From Oikopleura dioica (taxonomy: Eukaryota; Animalia; Chordata), in NCBI GenBank assembly GCA_907165135.1, contig OU015567.1:4960001-5024000 (forward strand): 64,000 bases of DNA, given 5' to 3'. Both the position numbers and the translations under genes were made by a program. This document shows, piece by piece, positions 10,851-21,389 of this stretch (positions are counted from its first letter, which is position 1; every line of letters starts with the position of its first letter). The notes beneath the pieces were generated by a model. It was not told where the DNA came from. It did no database searches and saw nothing but the letters and a program-made list of their open reading frames with translations.

Positions 10851-12582
10851 TCAAATTTTTGAGTAATTCGGAAGACTTTTATATTCGACGAATTTCTTGA
10901 CATATTGCACCATCCAGAGGCCGTACGGGACGTCTGACCATTTTTCGCCAGTCGTGAAGTCGATTAGGTCAGCATCAACATTTGGTTCGTAGAAGAATGG
11001 CGCTTTTTAGCGTCTCAAATGTAAGAAAAACATGAGATTTTCTAGGAAAAATGTCTTTTTTTTCGACAATTCCTGAGATTCGTTCCTCTCCTAAATCCAA
11101 AACGCGATGAATTGTTGATCTGAGTTGCCCTCCTGTCATCCTCTCTAGAAGCAAAGCTCAACCCTTTGTACCTAGAAAACCAAATCTACCGAGGATCTTG
11201 CCACAGTTGACAACAAAAGAGCCAGGCTGAGTTTCGATCGAGCACCATTTTTCAGTCTTTGGATCTTGAACTTGCAGCCCAGCGTAGTTGAAATTCTCCA
11301 GGACGGTTAAAATCGAAGTATCATGATGCTCCGGCGTGGAAATGATCTCACCAGTTGGGAGTTTGCAGCTCTCAGGGATGGTGTCGGTTCGCGGCGGGTA
11401 ATGAATTAGCCTGAAAGTAGCGCAGGTTTTGTCTGTTCGAGATCTGAACTTTTCCATATCAATATTCAACCCTTATTTTGGTTTTTCTTCGCTGATAATC
11501 GGCTTAAATGGATAATAAAATAAAAACCAATGCCTTTAGCAATGCACTCCATCAAGACCTTCGCCACCAAATGATAGACCTCAAACTCCGCTCTTACAGT
11601 TTTTCTAAACTCCAAACTTTCTGCCTCTTCCTTCTCAAATTCCGGCCATTGCGCCGGCTCGAGCATCAAAGAAGCGACGGAGGAAGGGTCGTGTTTTGCT
11701 TGATGATCTTCAAAAGAACCTTCGAAGTTGCCGATTTCGAAGCAGGCCTTGTGCGAGCCCTGGTTTTTGATGACTGGAAAGAATCCTCGGTAGAGTCGAT
11801 TGGTCGCGGGATTAAATCGGTTCTAGCAAATTTTTTTATGAAGAAAAAGGATGATCTTACAGTCGTTAGTGTCATTTTTTGCTCTTCGGAATGCCCGAGA
11901 TGGAACCAATTCGCCTTTTCGAGGAGGTTTTTCTGATCGTGTCCAGGAATATTCACGCATCTAATTATTGTTTATATTAAGGACCCCCCCGCCGTCAGTT
12001 TTTTCCTTCGAAAAATTGAAATTTTTAAAAACGCCATATTTTTGTTTCATAATGGTCCCCAGGTTAAAATTGCCTCAAAAATTGATGAGAGGATTTTTCG
12101 ACCAAGAAATTAGGGCAAATTCGTCAATTTTCGGCGAAGAGTCCAATTTTCAAATGCAATTTTGGGGGTGAAGGAGTCGAGATAGACCCCCAAAAAATGA
12201 AGCCTAAAAACGTTTTTTGACTCGTAGAATCCATTTACTGGGTCAAAATTTTATAATTCCGAAATTTGATTTCTCAAATTTGATTCCGAAAAAGCTGACG
12301 GGGGTATGTCCTTAATATTCAAAAAGTAAAATTGCTGTCTAAGAACCGTATTTTCTTTGAGTTGAACCAAGTGCGCACTAGTACGCCAAAACACCTTTTT
12401 CATCCTCTTACGGGTCTCTAAGATCTCCACCGTAAAATTTGACCAAACGTTTTTTCAACGACTGTACTTTACCTTAAAAATCCAACTTCTTTGAATTGCT
12501 GGATGACGATTTTCGACCAAAACTGAAGACGCTCTTCTCCGCCCTTTAAAATATCATCGATGTCAATTTCAACCAGCTTCAT
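10851..12582 (-). CDS. 2-oxoglutarate/Fe(II) oxygenase, isopenicillin N synthase-like
   Basis: Spliced model MKLVEIDID...VGFLRCVNIPG...LYRGFFP...FRLIHYPP...TPEHHDTSILTVL...GLQV...VNCG...STIHRV...ERISAPFFYEP. Has the HxD...H triad and RxS motif. Includes a GC-AG intron (11533-11472) and a GA-AG intron (11072-11003). Confidence 0.9.
11981..12311. mobile_element. TTAA-flanked TIR element with GG termini (Kolobok-like MITE)
   Basis: TTAA|GGACCCCCCCGCCGTCAG ... CTGACGGGGGTATGTCC|TTAA. A related copy lies at 21623-21844 and a shorter relative at 34585-34723. Confidence 0.75.
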
Positions 12583-13949
12583 TTTTTCGATTTTTGGATT
12601 TTTAGATTTAGTTTTTGGATGTTTTTTTATTTCGATGAAATTTTTAGAGGGACAGACGGCTGTAAATTTCTCAGCAAAATGCTGACTGGCGAACTTTGAA
12701 CAGTGTCACTCAAAAACATAACATTGTTTTTGGCAAAGAAATAATTTTACCGGAAAGGGGCGTGACTATTTGACCAAAATGAAATGTAAATTACGAGTTT
12801 TCTTCGCATAAAGCTAGCTTATTTTGAAGATGGGAATCCTGATATTAGCTTCAAAAGATTCTTAAAATCAAAAAAAAAAATATTTTAAGAAAGCGGAAGT
12901 TTTTTCTTCCTGATTTCATCAATTCCCTTGAAAAAAAAATAAATACTTTTTTCACTTGTCTTTTTCATAAAAAATGCATTTTTCTTCTTGGAGTCAAAGA
13001 TTAGAATCGATTCTTTTCACAAGGTTCTTCTTATCATCTTTTCTTATCAACCTCAAGCTCATTGAATCGCAGCTGGATCTTGAGGTTGTTAGCCCCCCCT
13101 ATTTCAAAAACGACGGTTTAAAAACGATCCTAGTGCTGAAAAAACTCACATTGAGAAAATGAAACGAAAGATGTTCGGTTTATTACAGTTATATTATGAA
13201 AATATCGAATTGTAAAATGAAAAACCAAATTATTTTTTATCATTTCTAAAAAATTTCTATGATTTTATTTTTGGTATTTTTTTAACGTCGAGAATATAAT
13301 GCTGTGAATGTCCTCGACTTCAGAAGAATCACCAGCCAGCTATTCGTCAATTACTTACATAAAATGAATCTGTTGTCGCTATGGCCGCGTTTGCTGTATC
13401 TTAATATTATTCTCTGTATTGATGTCATCTAAAGCGAATTGTTCTACCAGCTTTTCGTGAAAATCATCAGTCTTCTATCTTACGTAAGCATTCAAATAAA
13501 CGATTCAGATAATTCTCCTAATATATTTTGCTCGAGCTCATTGAAGAGCATCTTTGATGTCTGAGATCGTCTTTATTGGCCTAAATTAAGCATTTTCATT
13601 CGCTTGGAAGTGCGGTGCACCCTTAAAACTTTAACGAAATTACGCAATGACGTCGGAAAAGCCTCAGAAGGTGTCTAGGTGTTGTCCAGTTATTGAATAA
13701 TCGTCGACAGTTTTGGTTCATCTGGCCAAGGAGCGCACCGTAAACAAACTGTCAGGGCGCTTTTTTTACAGTATTCCAGAAAGAAAAAATGAAATTAAAA
13801 TTGGTTCCCACGAAGAAGGCTCAAAAAAGATTGTGTAATATTCATATTATATTCATTATGCGGATTTTATGGGCGAGTGGATACAACATGGATACTTAAA
13901 TTATTTCTTGAGGGTTTGTTCTCAATCAAACAAGAGGAGAAAATGATAT

Positions 13950-14725
13950 TTTCATTTTCAGCTTTGAGTCGATCAAAGAAGCTTTGTCTTGGAAGCGGAA
14001 TTCTGCTTCTTCTAGCGCTAAGTAAGTTGTTTTTCAGTTATAAGAATCAAGAAAGATGTCTACCCCCCCTCCTTACCCTTCGTAACCCTCGGGCACCGGG
14101 GGGGGGGGGCAAGGGAACCGAAAAAAATTTCGACAAATTTTGCGTGGGCGGCTACTCGGCTGCTGATTTGCCAGTTAGCCGAATCCAGGCTTCTGATTGG
14201 TTGAAAATTTTCACGCAAAATTTGTTGCCCGAGGTGGAAGGTACTCGTCTCAAAATCTCGCCGGAAAATACCGGTAGTTATCTATCTTTAGTTGCATTGT
14301 CCGGCTGGTTCTTCGGTGCTCATCAACACTCAGGGGATAAGGGGGTTAAAAGGACTCCAATTGAAATCCCGCAGTTTCGGACCTTTTTCGGTAAAAATCT
14401 TCAATACCGCGATGCTGTTCGTTTTTGCGAATCGAAGAAGATGGTTTTACCAGCAGAAGCGGTCGGTGACGAGGCGATACCAGCAGGATTCCAGCAATCG
14501 AACTATTTTGCGTATTGGCTTGATGCAGGGATTTTTAGAAACGGATCTTTCTTTGGAGCCATAAATTTAAAAAACGAAGCAGAACAATTTTTCAAAAGAA
14601 GAAAACTCAAATCAGCCTTCTTTAGCATTCTAGACAAATCAAGCGGTAAGTCTTTTCCCGCAGAAGCTTTCTCTTTAGAAAATTTCAAGAGAACTTTTGC
14701 TTGTCTTCTGATGGAGAGTGGATAA
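13950..14725 (+). CDS. Type II membrane protein with a possible C-type lectin-like domain
   Basis: The TM segment (LCLGSGILLLLALIALSGWFFG) forms across GT-AG intron 14022-14291. It is followed by YRDAVRFCESKKMVL...YWLDA...FACLL*. The 5' end is not resolved. Confidence 0.5.
14113..14225. mobile_element. MITE family C (double-CCAAT), partial copy
   Basis: Matches the full ~145-bp TIR element at 31169-31310. Other copies at 31321-31400, ~38650-38770, 49345-49497 and 53881-54036. Confidence 0.8.
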
Positions 14726-14739
14726 TAAGGCTTTGTAAG

Positions 14740-15450
14740 GACCAATCATACAATAATACCGGCACGAACAGTGAAAGATTTCACGGAGCAACAAGTGAAG
14801 CAACAATTGATGTTTGTATTGAACCATCCTATCTGGGCAGTGGTTTTCTTGCAAGGCGAGCTAGAGGGTTGTAAGCCAATAAGAAGTAAGTATTTAATTC
14901 GGCGGCCAATGAAAGACTAGCAAACCCAAAGCGTTTCAAATACACCCTCAAACCCCCTTTCCCTAGCCCCCTCCCTTACCCCCTCTCTAACCCCCTTCCT
15001 AACCCCCATTCTGCGCTTTAAAAATGGCATAAAAAACCAATGAAAGATTGATTCACCAAGACATTATCGTTTCAATCGAAACGTCAAAGATTTCAACCTT
15101 CGATTTTTTGACAAAAGAATTGAAAATCAAACGACAATTCTCTTCAACGACGATTTTTGGTTGGAGGCAGTTGCCGGCTGGAACCGTCGATACACTAACT
15201 ACGACGAGTCTGAACCAAAATGCAAGGAAGATGGCACCCCAGGTAATGGACATCTAACTGGTCATCCAAAAAATAATCGTCTTTGTAGATTTTTGGGCCC
15301 TCAAACGTGTTAAATTTTCAGAGGAAGAAGAGAACGAGCTGGTTGATGAAGTAGAATTGTGAGTTTTTCTCCAATTTTTCTAATTTTTCAAATGTTTTCT
15401 AGCTCAAATACGATCTGCGTCAACAAATAACAATGCTTTAATAAAATTCT
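14740..15450 (+). CDS. Probable hypothetical multi-exon gene
   Basis: Open codon-like segments end in GT donors (e.g. RHYRFNRNVKDF...EPKCKEDGTP| at 15060-15242; EEEENELVDEVE| at 15322-15359). Confidence 0.35.
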
Positions 15451-15475
15451 CAAAACAAAATGTCGTTAATGTCCA

Positions 15476-15735
15476 AATTTTTCGAAAATGTCGAAAAATG
15501 TTGAAAATGTCGAAAAATGTTGAAAATGTCGAGAATCTCAAAAATGTCGAAAATGTCGAAAAATGTCGAAAAATATCGAAAATGTCGAAAATTTCGAAAA
15601 ATGTCGAAAATAACGAGAATGTAAAAAAAGAAATCGAAAATGTCAAAAATGTCGAAAAATATTGAAATGTCAAAAATTCGGAAAATATCGAAAATGTCGA
15701 AAATGTCGAAAAATATCGAAGTGACGAAAATGGCA
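15476..15735. repeat. Degenerate ~9-10-bp tandem repeat (AAAATGTCGA)
   Basis: Directly visible repeated unit. The ORFs over it are low-complexity artefacts. Confidence 0.9.
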
Positions 15736-15757
15736 AAAATTAAGATTTATTTCATCC

Positions 15758-18700
15758 TCAATTTCTCCTCTGTCCGAAAAAGACGGAGTTCGTATCATAA
15801 TCCAAAACAGTATAATATTTGCTCAAGAAAGCTGTGCCAAGATTCCACTGATTAGCTTCGAAGATTGGCCTATCGAACTCCGGATTTGAGTTTCGCTCTT
15901 CGCGGAAGGCAGAAATGCAGTAATCACGGTCTAGAAAACACGTTTTTACGAAAAAGAAAGAAGTAAAGATGTACTTGAATAATTCGCGCGGATGGTGTAA
16001 TCTTCTAAAGTTTGAGTTCAAATGAATTGCGAGGGGAATGAGCATGGATTTATTCACCAGATGCTTGTTTAGACTCTTTAGAGCGACGTTCTTTTTGAAT
16101 GTTAAGATGAGCGCAGGATTTATATTGAAAATTTTTCCATGAAAAAGCGCAAAAAAAGGGTTTTCTATTGATGGAATCGGCCTTCTCCCTTGAAATTTTT
16201 TCGCTCAGAGATTGTTTATCAGTTATCAGCTCTTCTTATCGACCTAAAGCTGGCTCGCAGCTGGGTTTTTCAATAACAACGCCCTCAATATGACTAGGGT
16301 AAACGCACAAAAAAACGCTTATAAAGGATTCTAGTAATGAAAAAAGTATCTTATTTATCAAAAAATGAAGCAGGAGATCTTCCTAAGATACAAGGTACAC
16401 CTTATAATTGGCCTAAGTGTCGTCGAAAATAAATTATTTGTCCATCAATTCTTTACAAAATGAATCTGTTATTATGAAAATATGCCTACGTCTCAGCTGA
16501 AGATAATGAAGAAAAATGAAAAATAGGATCGTATTTTTCTACGTATTTTAAAGATTTATGAACTCAAATCTGGATCCATCGTAAACGGCAATCCATCCAA
16601 AAAGAACTTCAGCGAAGGCATCCGATGAACCAACTCGCAGAAGAAAAACCAGTAGCCGTCGATCGACTCGACAGCTCTAGAATTTACTTCTTAGGTCAAC
16701 AATACCAGGCTTCGTGTCTTACCCAAGATGTTCATTGATCTGCCGAACTTGATCTCTCGGTCCAGTTATGAACGCTGATCCGGTGCTGACGCGACCTAAA
16801 AGAATAAATTCAGCGACCTCGCAAGCGCTAGAAAAAGAAAGTAAAAATGACTTTTGCTAGAATTTTCACGTAATCCGAAAGCGTCGTCGCCTGAATAATT
16901 ATCTGGACACGAACCTAAGCAACCAGAAGAGCAAAACTCAAAGGCGAAGTCTGAAGAGGTGACTTTGTTCAAATTCAAGGTCCAGTAATCGTCACTTTTT
17001 AAAAGGTCAAAGAAAATGGTTTCTTGAATCGAGAAGCCGCTTGCGGCTTCGAGAAAAGAAAAAAAGGCGCGCGAAGCGCGGCTTTAATTGTTTAATCAAA
17101 ATTTTTTTCTCAACTTTGTTTAGCTACCTGTAAAGAAAACCTGAGTCAGGGTCTGAAATTTCCTAAATGAAAAGCCGCATAGCGGCTTTTTTTAAAACGA
17201 AGCCGCAAAGCGGCTTCGCAAATTTATCTCTTTAATTCTTTAAATTCTTCAAATTTTGACGAAACCGCTACGCGGCTTTTTTCAGATATTTCTGATCGTG
17301 ACTCAGGTTTTTTTGACAGGACTTTGCTTGTTCATATTTTAGCCGCGGCTTACTTTTCTTTTAAAACTCGAAGCCGCAAGCGGCTTCTCGATTTTCGAAT
17401 ACCTTTATCAATATTTTTTTCATCCCTTTTCCTGATGCTTTGGAAATTTTGAAAGTCCGCCGGAAAATCTCCCTCAAATTTTTCTTCCTCGCGTTCACCA
17501 AAATTCAGAAATTCAAAATATTACTCGCGAAAAAAGATAAAAGTCAAGTAACTTGCTTCTTTGGATGGTTATGTAAAGCGCTTCCTGAGTTGACTCCTCC
17601 CCAAGTGAGTTCTCCGGAGGAAGAAACGTCCAGCGGATTGCGATCGAACGATAACCCGATCAGCGGCTCACTGACAGCTGCACTTGATAGCAGCCGCTCG
17701 AAAACTTAAAATTATGTTACACTCTCCAAAAATAAGCCATTTTAGATTTCGAAACGTAGAAACGCTCTAAAAAGACACAGGGACTCGGCTCGGAAACACG
17801 TGAAAAAAAACTGAGTCAGGTTCTGAAGAGACTAAATCAAAAGCCGCGCAGCGGCTATTTTAAAGCCGAAGCCGCTTTGCCATTTAAATTTTTTTTTTTA
17901 CTGGCGGAGCCGTTTTGCGGCTTCGGTTTCAAAAAAGCCGCTGCGCGGCTTTTCTTCTAGTCTTTTCAGAACCTGACTCAAGTTTTCACACAGGTCCCCG
18001 AGCCTTGCGCTTAGAAAAATTATAAAAAAAAATGATTTTTCTGGGGATGACGGATTTGTGGCCGGCATATTTAAAAGAGTGTGACTGTATATTGTGATTG
18101 ATAAGACAGTAACTTGATGTGTTACGGTTTTCCAAAACAAGTGTCAATTTTTGATTAAGTAAAAATGGAAACGTGGTTAGCGATTAACTTTGATGCGCAG
18201 TTCTTATCTGCGGTTGGAAGCGGTTAAGGGTATCCGCTAACTTAATGATTGAGCGTTTTTTTGAACACACAAATAAAATAAGCCGTTCCCGCACCTTAAG
18301 TTAAGGTCCTTAACAAGGGGAAATCCGGACTCAACCAATTGATGGAAGTGCATTTCTGGATAACCAATAAGATTTCTGCATTTGATCAACAGGCCAATCA
18401 AAACCCTGATCCGAAAAACACTTCCATAAATTGGTTTGACCCGGAAACCCACTGTTGATTCACCTGGTACAACTCCATTCGCAGAAAGCCCAATCCTACC
18501 AAGTCCAAGAACCCCGTCATAAGGAGTCGCTAAAAACTACAGCTTGGGTTCTTGGCCCCGATTATCTGGGCCAGCTACATGTCTTTCGCGGAGGAGATAG
18601 CTATCAGCATTTTTGGGCGATGCTCAACACTTGCCAAAATTGCTGAACAGATTTATGTAATTTCTGTTTTGAGCGTCACGAAACATTTTTTCTAGCACAT

Positions 18701-20185
18701 TGGTGACGCTGAAAAATCGCTACCAAGTTTCTTGTAATTGGGGCTGATGTAATTCTGGTTCCAGGAAAAATCCCAAAATACGATTTTTCTAGTGCTGATT
18801 CTAGAAGGATAAAAAATGGACTGGGGTCAGAAACCTGTGTAGAAACCTTAGTCAGGGTCAGAAAAAGCCTTGGAGCTTTTGATTTGAGGTTTTTCAGACC
18901 CTGACTCAGGTTTTCGACACAGGTTTTCGAGCCGAGATTATGGAACAACTTTTATTAACTCGATTGTTAGTGTTGACTTATCGAATGAGCCCCTGGCGAT
19001 GAGACATTGACCGAAATTGGATAAGAACCCATGACGGAACTCCGGATTGCTGCGTTATCTCCGCAAAGGTGATCTGGTTTTGCTTCAAATTTCCATAATC
19101 CAAACTCAAGTTGTCCAAAGTCTGGAAGCCGCTTATTGTTCCTTGAGATGTTTGAAGCGTCATATTCCGCCCATCTTCGCGTGAGGTTATCGATAAATCT
19201 GAAAAAAAAACTGTAACTCTACCGATAGAACCAAGTTGTCAAACAAGCCCTTTAAGGGCAAATTTCAAAATCTCCCGAAAACCGAAGGTCCTTTTCGAAG
19301 TTTTATATTCAAGAAAAAATTTCCATGTGTCTTAGAAAGATTTTTTGCTGCTTTGAGTCAAAGCCTTTGAATGAAGCTCCAAAAGAGGGGGAGAAAAATG
19401 AAGGATTCGACGAAGCTATTGCTACTGAACAAGTAAAAATCTCTCAAGCGTCGGCTGAGAAGGAGAAAATTGAAGAAAACCATGCTGGAAATCAGCGAAA
19501 TTCCTTCGAAGAAAAGGACCTTCCTACTGATCCTACAAAGACAACAACTTCGCTGTACTATGCGGATACAATCAACGAGAGTAGGAAGGAAAAAATTTAC
19601 TGTGCTCCCTGTACCTCCTGTATTAAGGGCCCTCATTAGGATCGACTAGACAACTTCAACCTCAACTACTCATCCAAGATAATCCATGTTTCGATGGTTG
19701 TTTAAGCATACTTTGTTTTTGCCAAGTCGACAATCGTAGGGAGGGCCTTTTTTCAAAAAAAAATATACTTGATTATAGTATACCTGAGTTGTATCTATTG
19801 TGATTCAAGCATGCAAAGCCCGATCCAATTGAATGCTCGCATTTTGACGATGGAACCCAAAAATCCGCGAAATTCGTATCTTTCACGCGTTTCGCAAAAT
19901 TTTTTTTTTCAAAAATCAAATCTTAGAAAACTCTTTTTTTTTTGAACCGTAAAATACGATAACTAAAATGGTTGCTCGAAAATCGGCTTTTTGTAGATGG
20001 TCTCGGCATTTTTCTTTCCGATTAAAAAAATTCACAAAAGCAAACAACTTTTTCGTCCTTTGAAAAACAGTTGTGAAACCGTTCCTAATAACACGGTCAA
20101 ATCCTGAGCCGGGCTTCCCAGTGTTATGTTAGCGATGTATTGAATGTCGTAGAAGTTGAGCAGCTCAGATCGACCATCGGGAAAT
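15758..20185 (-). CDS. Pepsin/cathepsin D-family (A1) aspartic protease homolog with degenerate catalytic motifs; signal-peptide exon unresolved
   Basis: Colinear exons: LLNFYDIQYIANITLGSPAQDLTVLLDTNFADFWVPSSKC; ACLNHNRYNS; FLATPYDGVLGLG; GELTWGGVN; DDYWTLNL; CSSGCLGRVSTGSAFITGP; WNLGTAFLSKYYTVLDYDTNSVFFG. Confidence 0.88.
19325..19639 (+). CDS. Intronless small protein nested antisense in an intron of the protease-like gene
   Basis: 104-aa ORF MCLRKIFCCF... with a strong AAAAATTTCC-ATG context and a Glu/Lys-rich middle. It lies wholly inside intron 19199-19783. Confidence 0.55.
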   Translation: MCLRKIFCCFESKPLNEAPKEGEKNEGFDEAIATEQVKISQASAEKEKIEENHAGNQRNSFEEKDLPTDPTKTTTSLYYADTINESRKEKIYCAPCTSCIKGPH

Positions 20186-20679
20186 TCACCGTTTTCGACG
20201 CCCTTTTTTTAACGGTTCAAACAAAATCCGCAATTAAATCAAAACGGGATTATGTAGGAGCGGCTTTTATTTGTTTGATGAGCACCTCTAGTTGACAGAA
20301 ATAATTTTCGGATCAAAAGTATGCACACCACGTAATTACGACCACGTAACCTCTACGGGCCGGTATATTTTGTATAAGCAGCTATCACTGTAAAAGAAAA
20401 AAACCGGAGCATACGTGCAGCTTAATTCGTTCGCGATACAGAAACCGATCAAAATATGTAATCATTTTTTTACACGTCGGAAATGCCAATATTTCGGGAA
20501 AAATAACGAATAGGATCGGCAAAACATTCAAAATAATCAAATTTCTGGTGTCCAAGAGGGCTCTTCAGCCAATCAAAAGCCAGAATTTTTTGCGTCAGTC
20601 AATCAGAAACGAGCAAAATCCGAACAACAGAACCCCTTGTTTCTCTTTACCCAAGAATCTTTGGTCAAAAACGGTGATC

Positions 20680-21300
20680 TCAAGGGTTTTGAGCACAAAA
20701 AAATCGGAGCTCTGATTGATATTTTAACCGATTTCCTTCAAATTTGCCCGATAAAGAGCTTGAGCTCCGAGCAAGACCGCCATAGAAAACTTCATCGTCA
20801 AATTCTATCTCTTCAAATCTTCCTTCCTTAAACTGCCCATGATTCCAAAAATTCTCTCAATCCTGAGAAATCAACACCTGTCTTTCTATCTTTCTCGTCA
20901 TTTTTCCATTGCTTCAGAATTCCTTTGCAGGTGTCGTTTGAATTGGGCCACCGAAGGTGCTAAGGCCCTTGATTTTTTAAACTCTTATTTTTTTCGTGAC
21001 ACTTTAAGAAATTCAGTAAGCACGTCAGTTTGGAAGTTTTCGTCTTTGCTCTTGAATTTTTCGTGGAGTTTTTTTAATTAATGGATTCTGACGAAAATCT
21101 GACGTGTTATCAATCAATACATTTTCCTCTGCTGGAGGAAGTATTTTGCATGTTCCACAATAGTTACAGTACGGCTGATTCTAGGAGTTGATTTTTGAGA
21201 TAACGAGAAGCCAAAACGTCGCGTACATGGATAAAGCGAACTGATAAGAGTTTTTCACGAAAGTCCAGTAATCTTTTGGGGAGTTATTTTGATAAAAGAT
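20680..21300 (-). CDS. Probable hypothetical gene
   Basis: A stop-free ~95-codon exon (HLRWPNSNDTCKG...FFCAQNP*) is preceded by a spliceable exon (KLHEKFKSKDENF...EFLK|). The 5' part is unresolved. Confidence 0.4.
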
Positions 21301-21389
21301 TTATTAAAAGATATTTTTCGGGTTATTCTCAGTGAAATTTTACCGCTTGAAATTGATTCACTAAGTCGCCATCGTTGGGAATTCACTTG

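Noticed and set aside
15404-15855. Phe/Ser/Thr-rich and Lys/Met-rich ORFs
   Set aside because: They are artefacts of the AAAATGTCGA tandem repeat.
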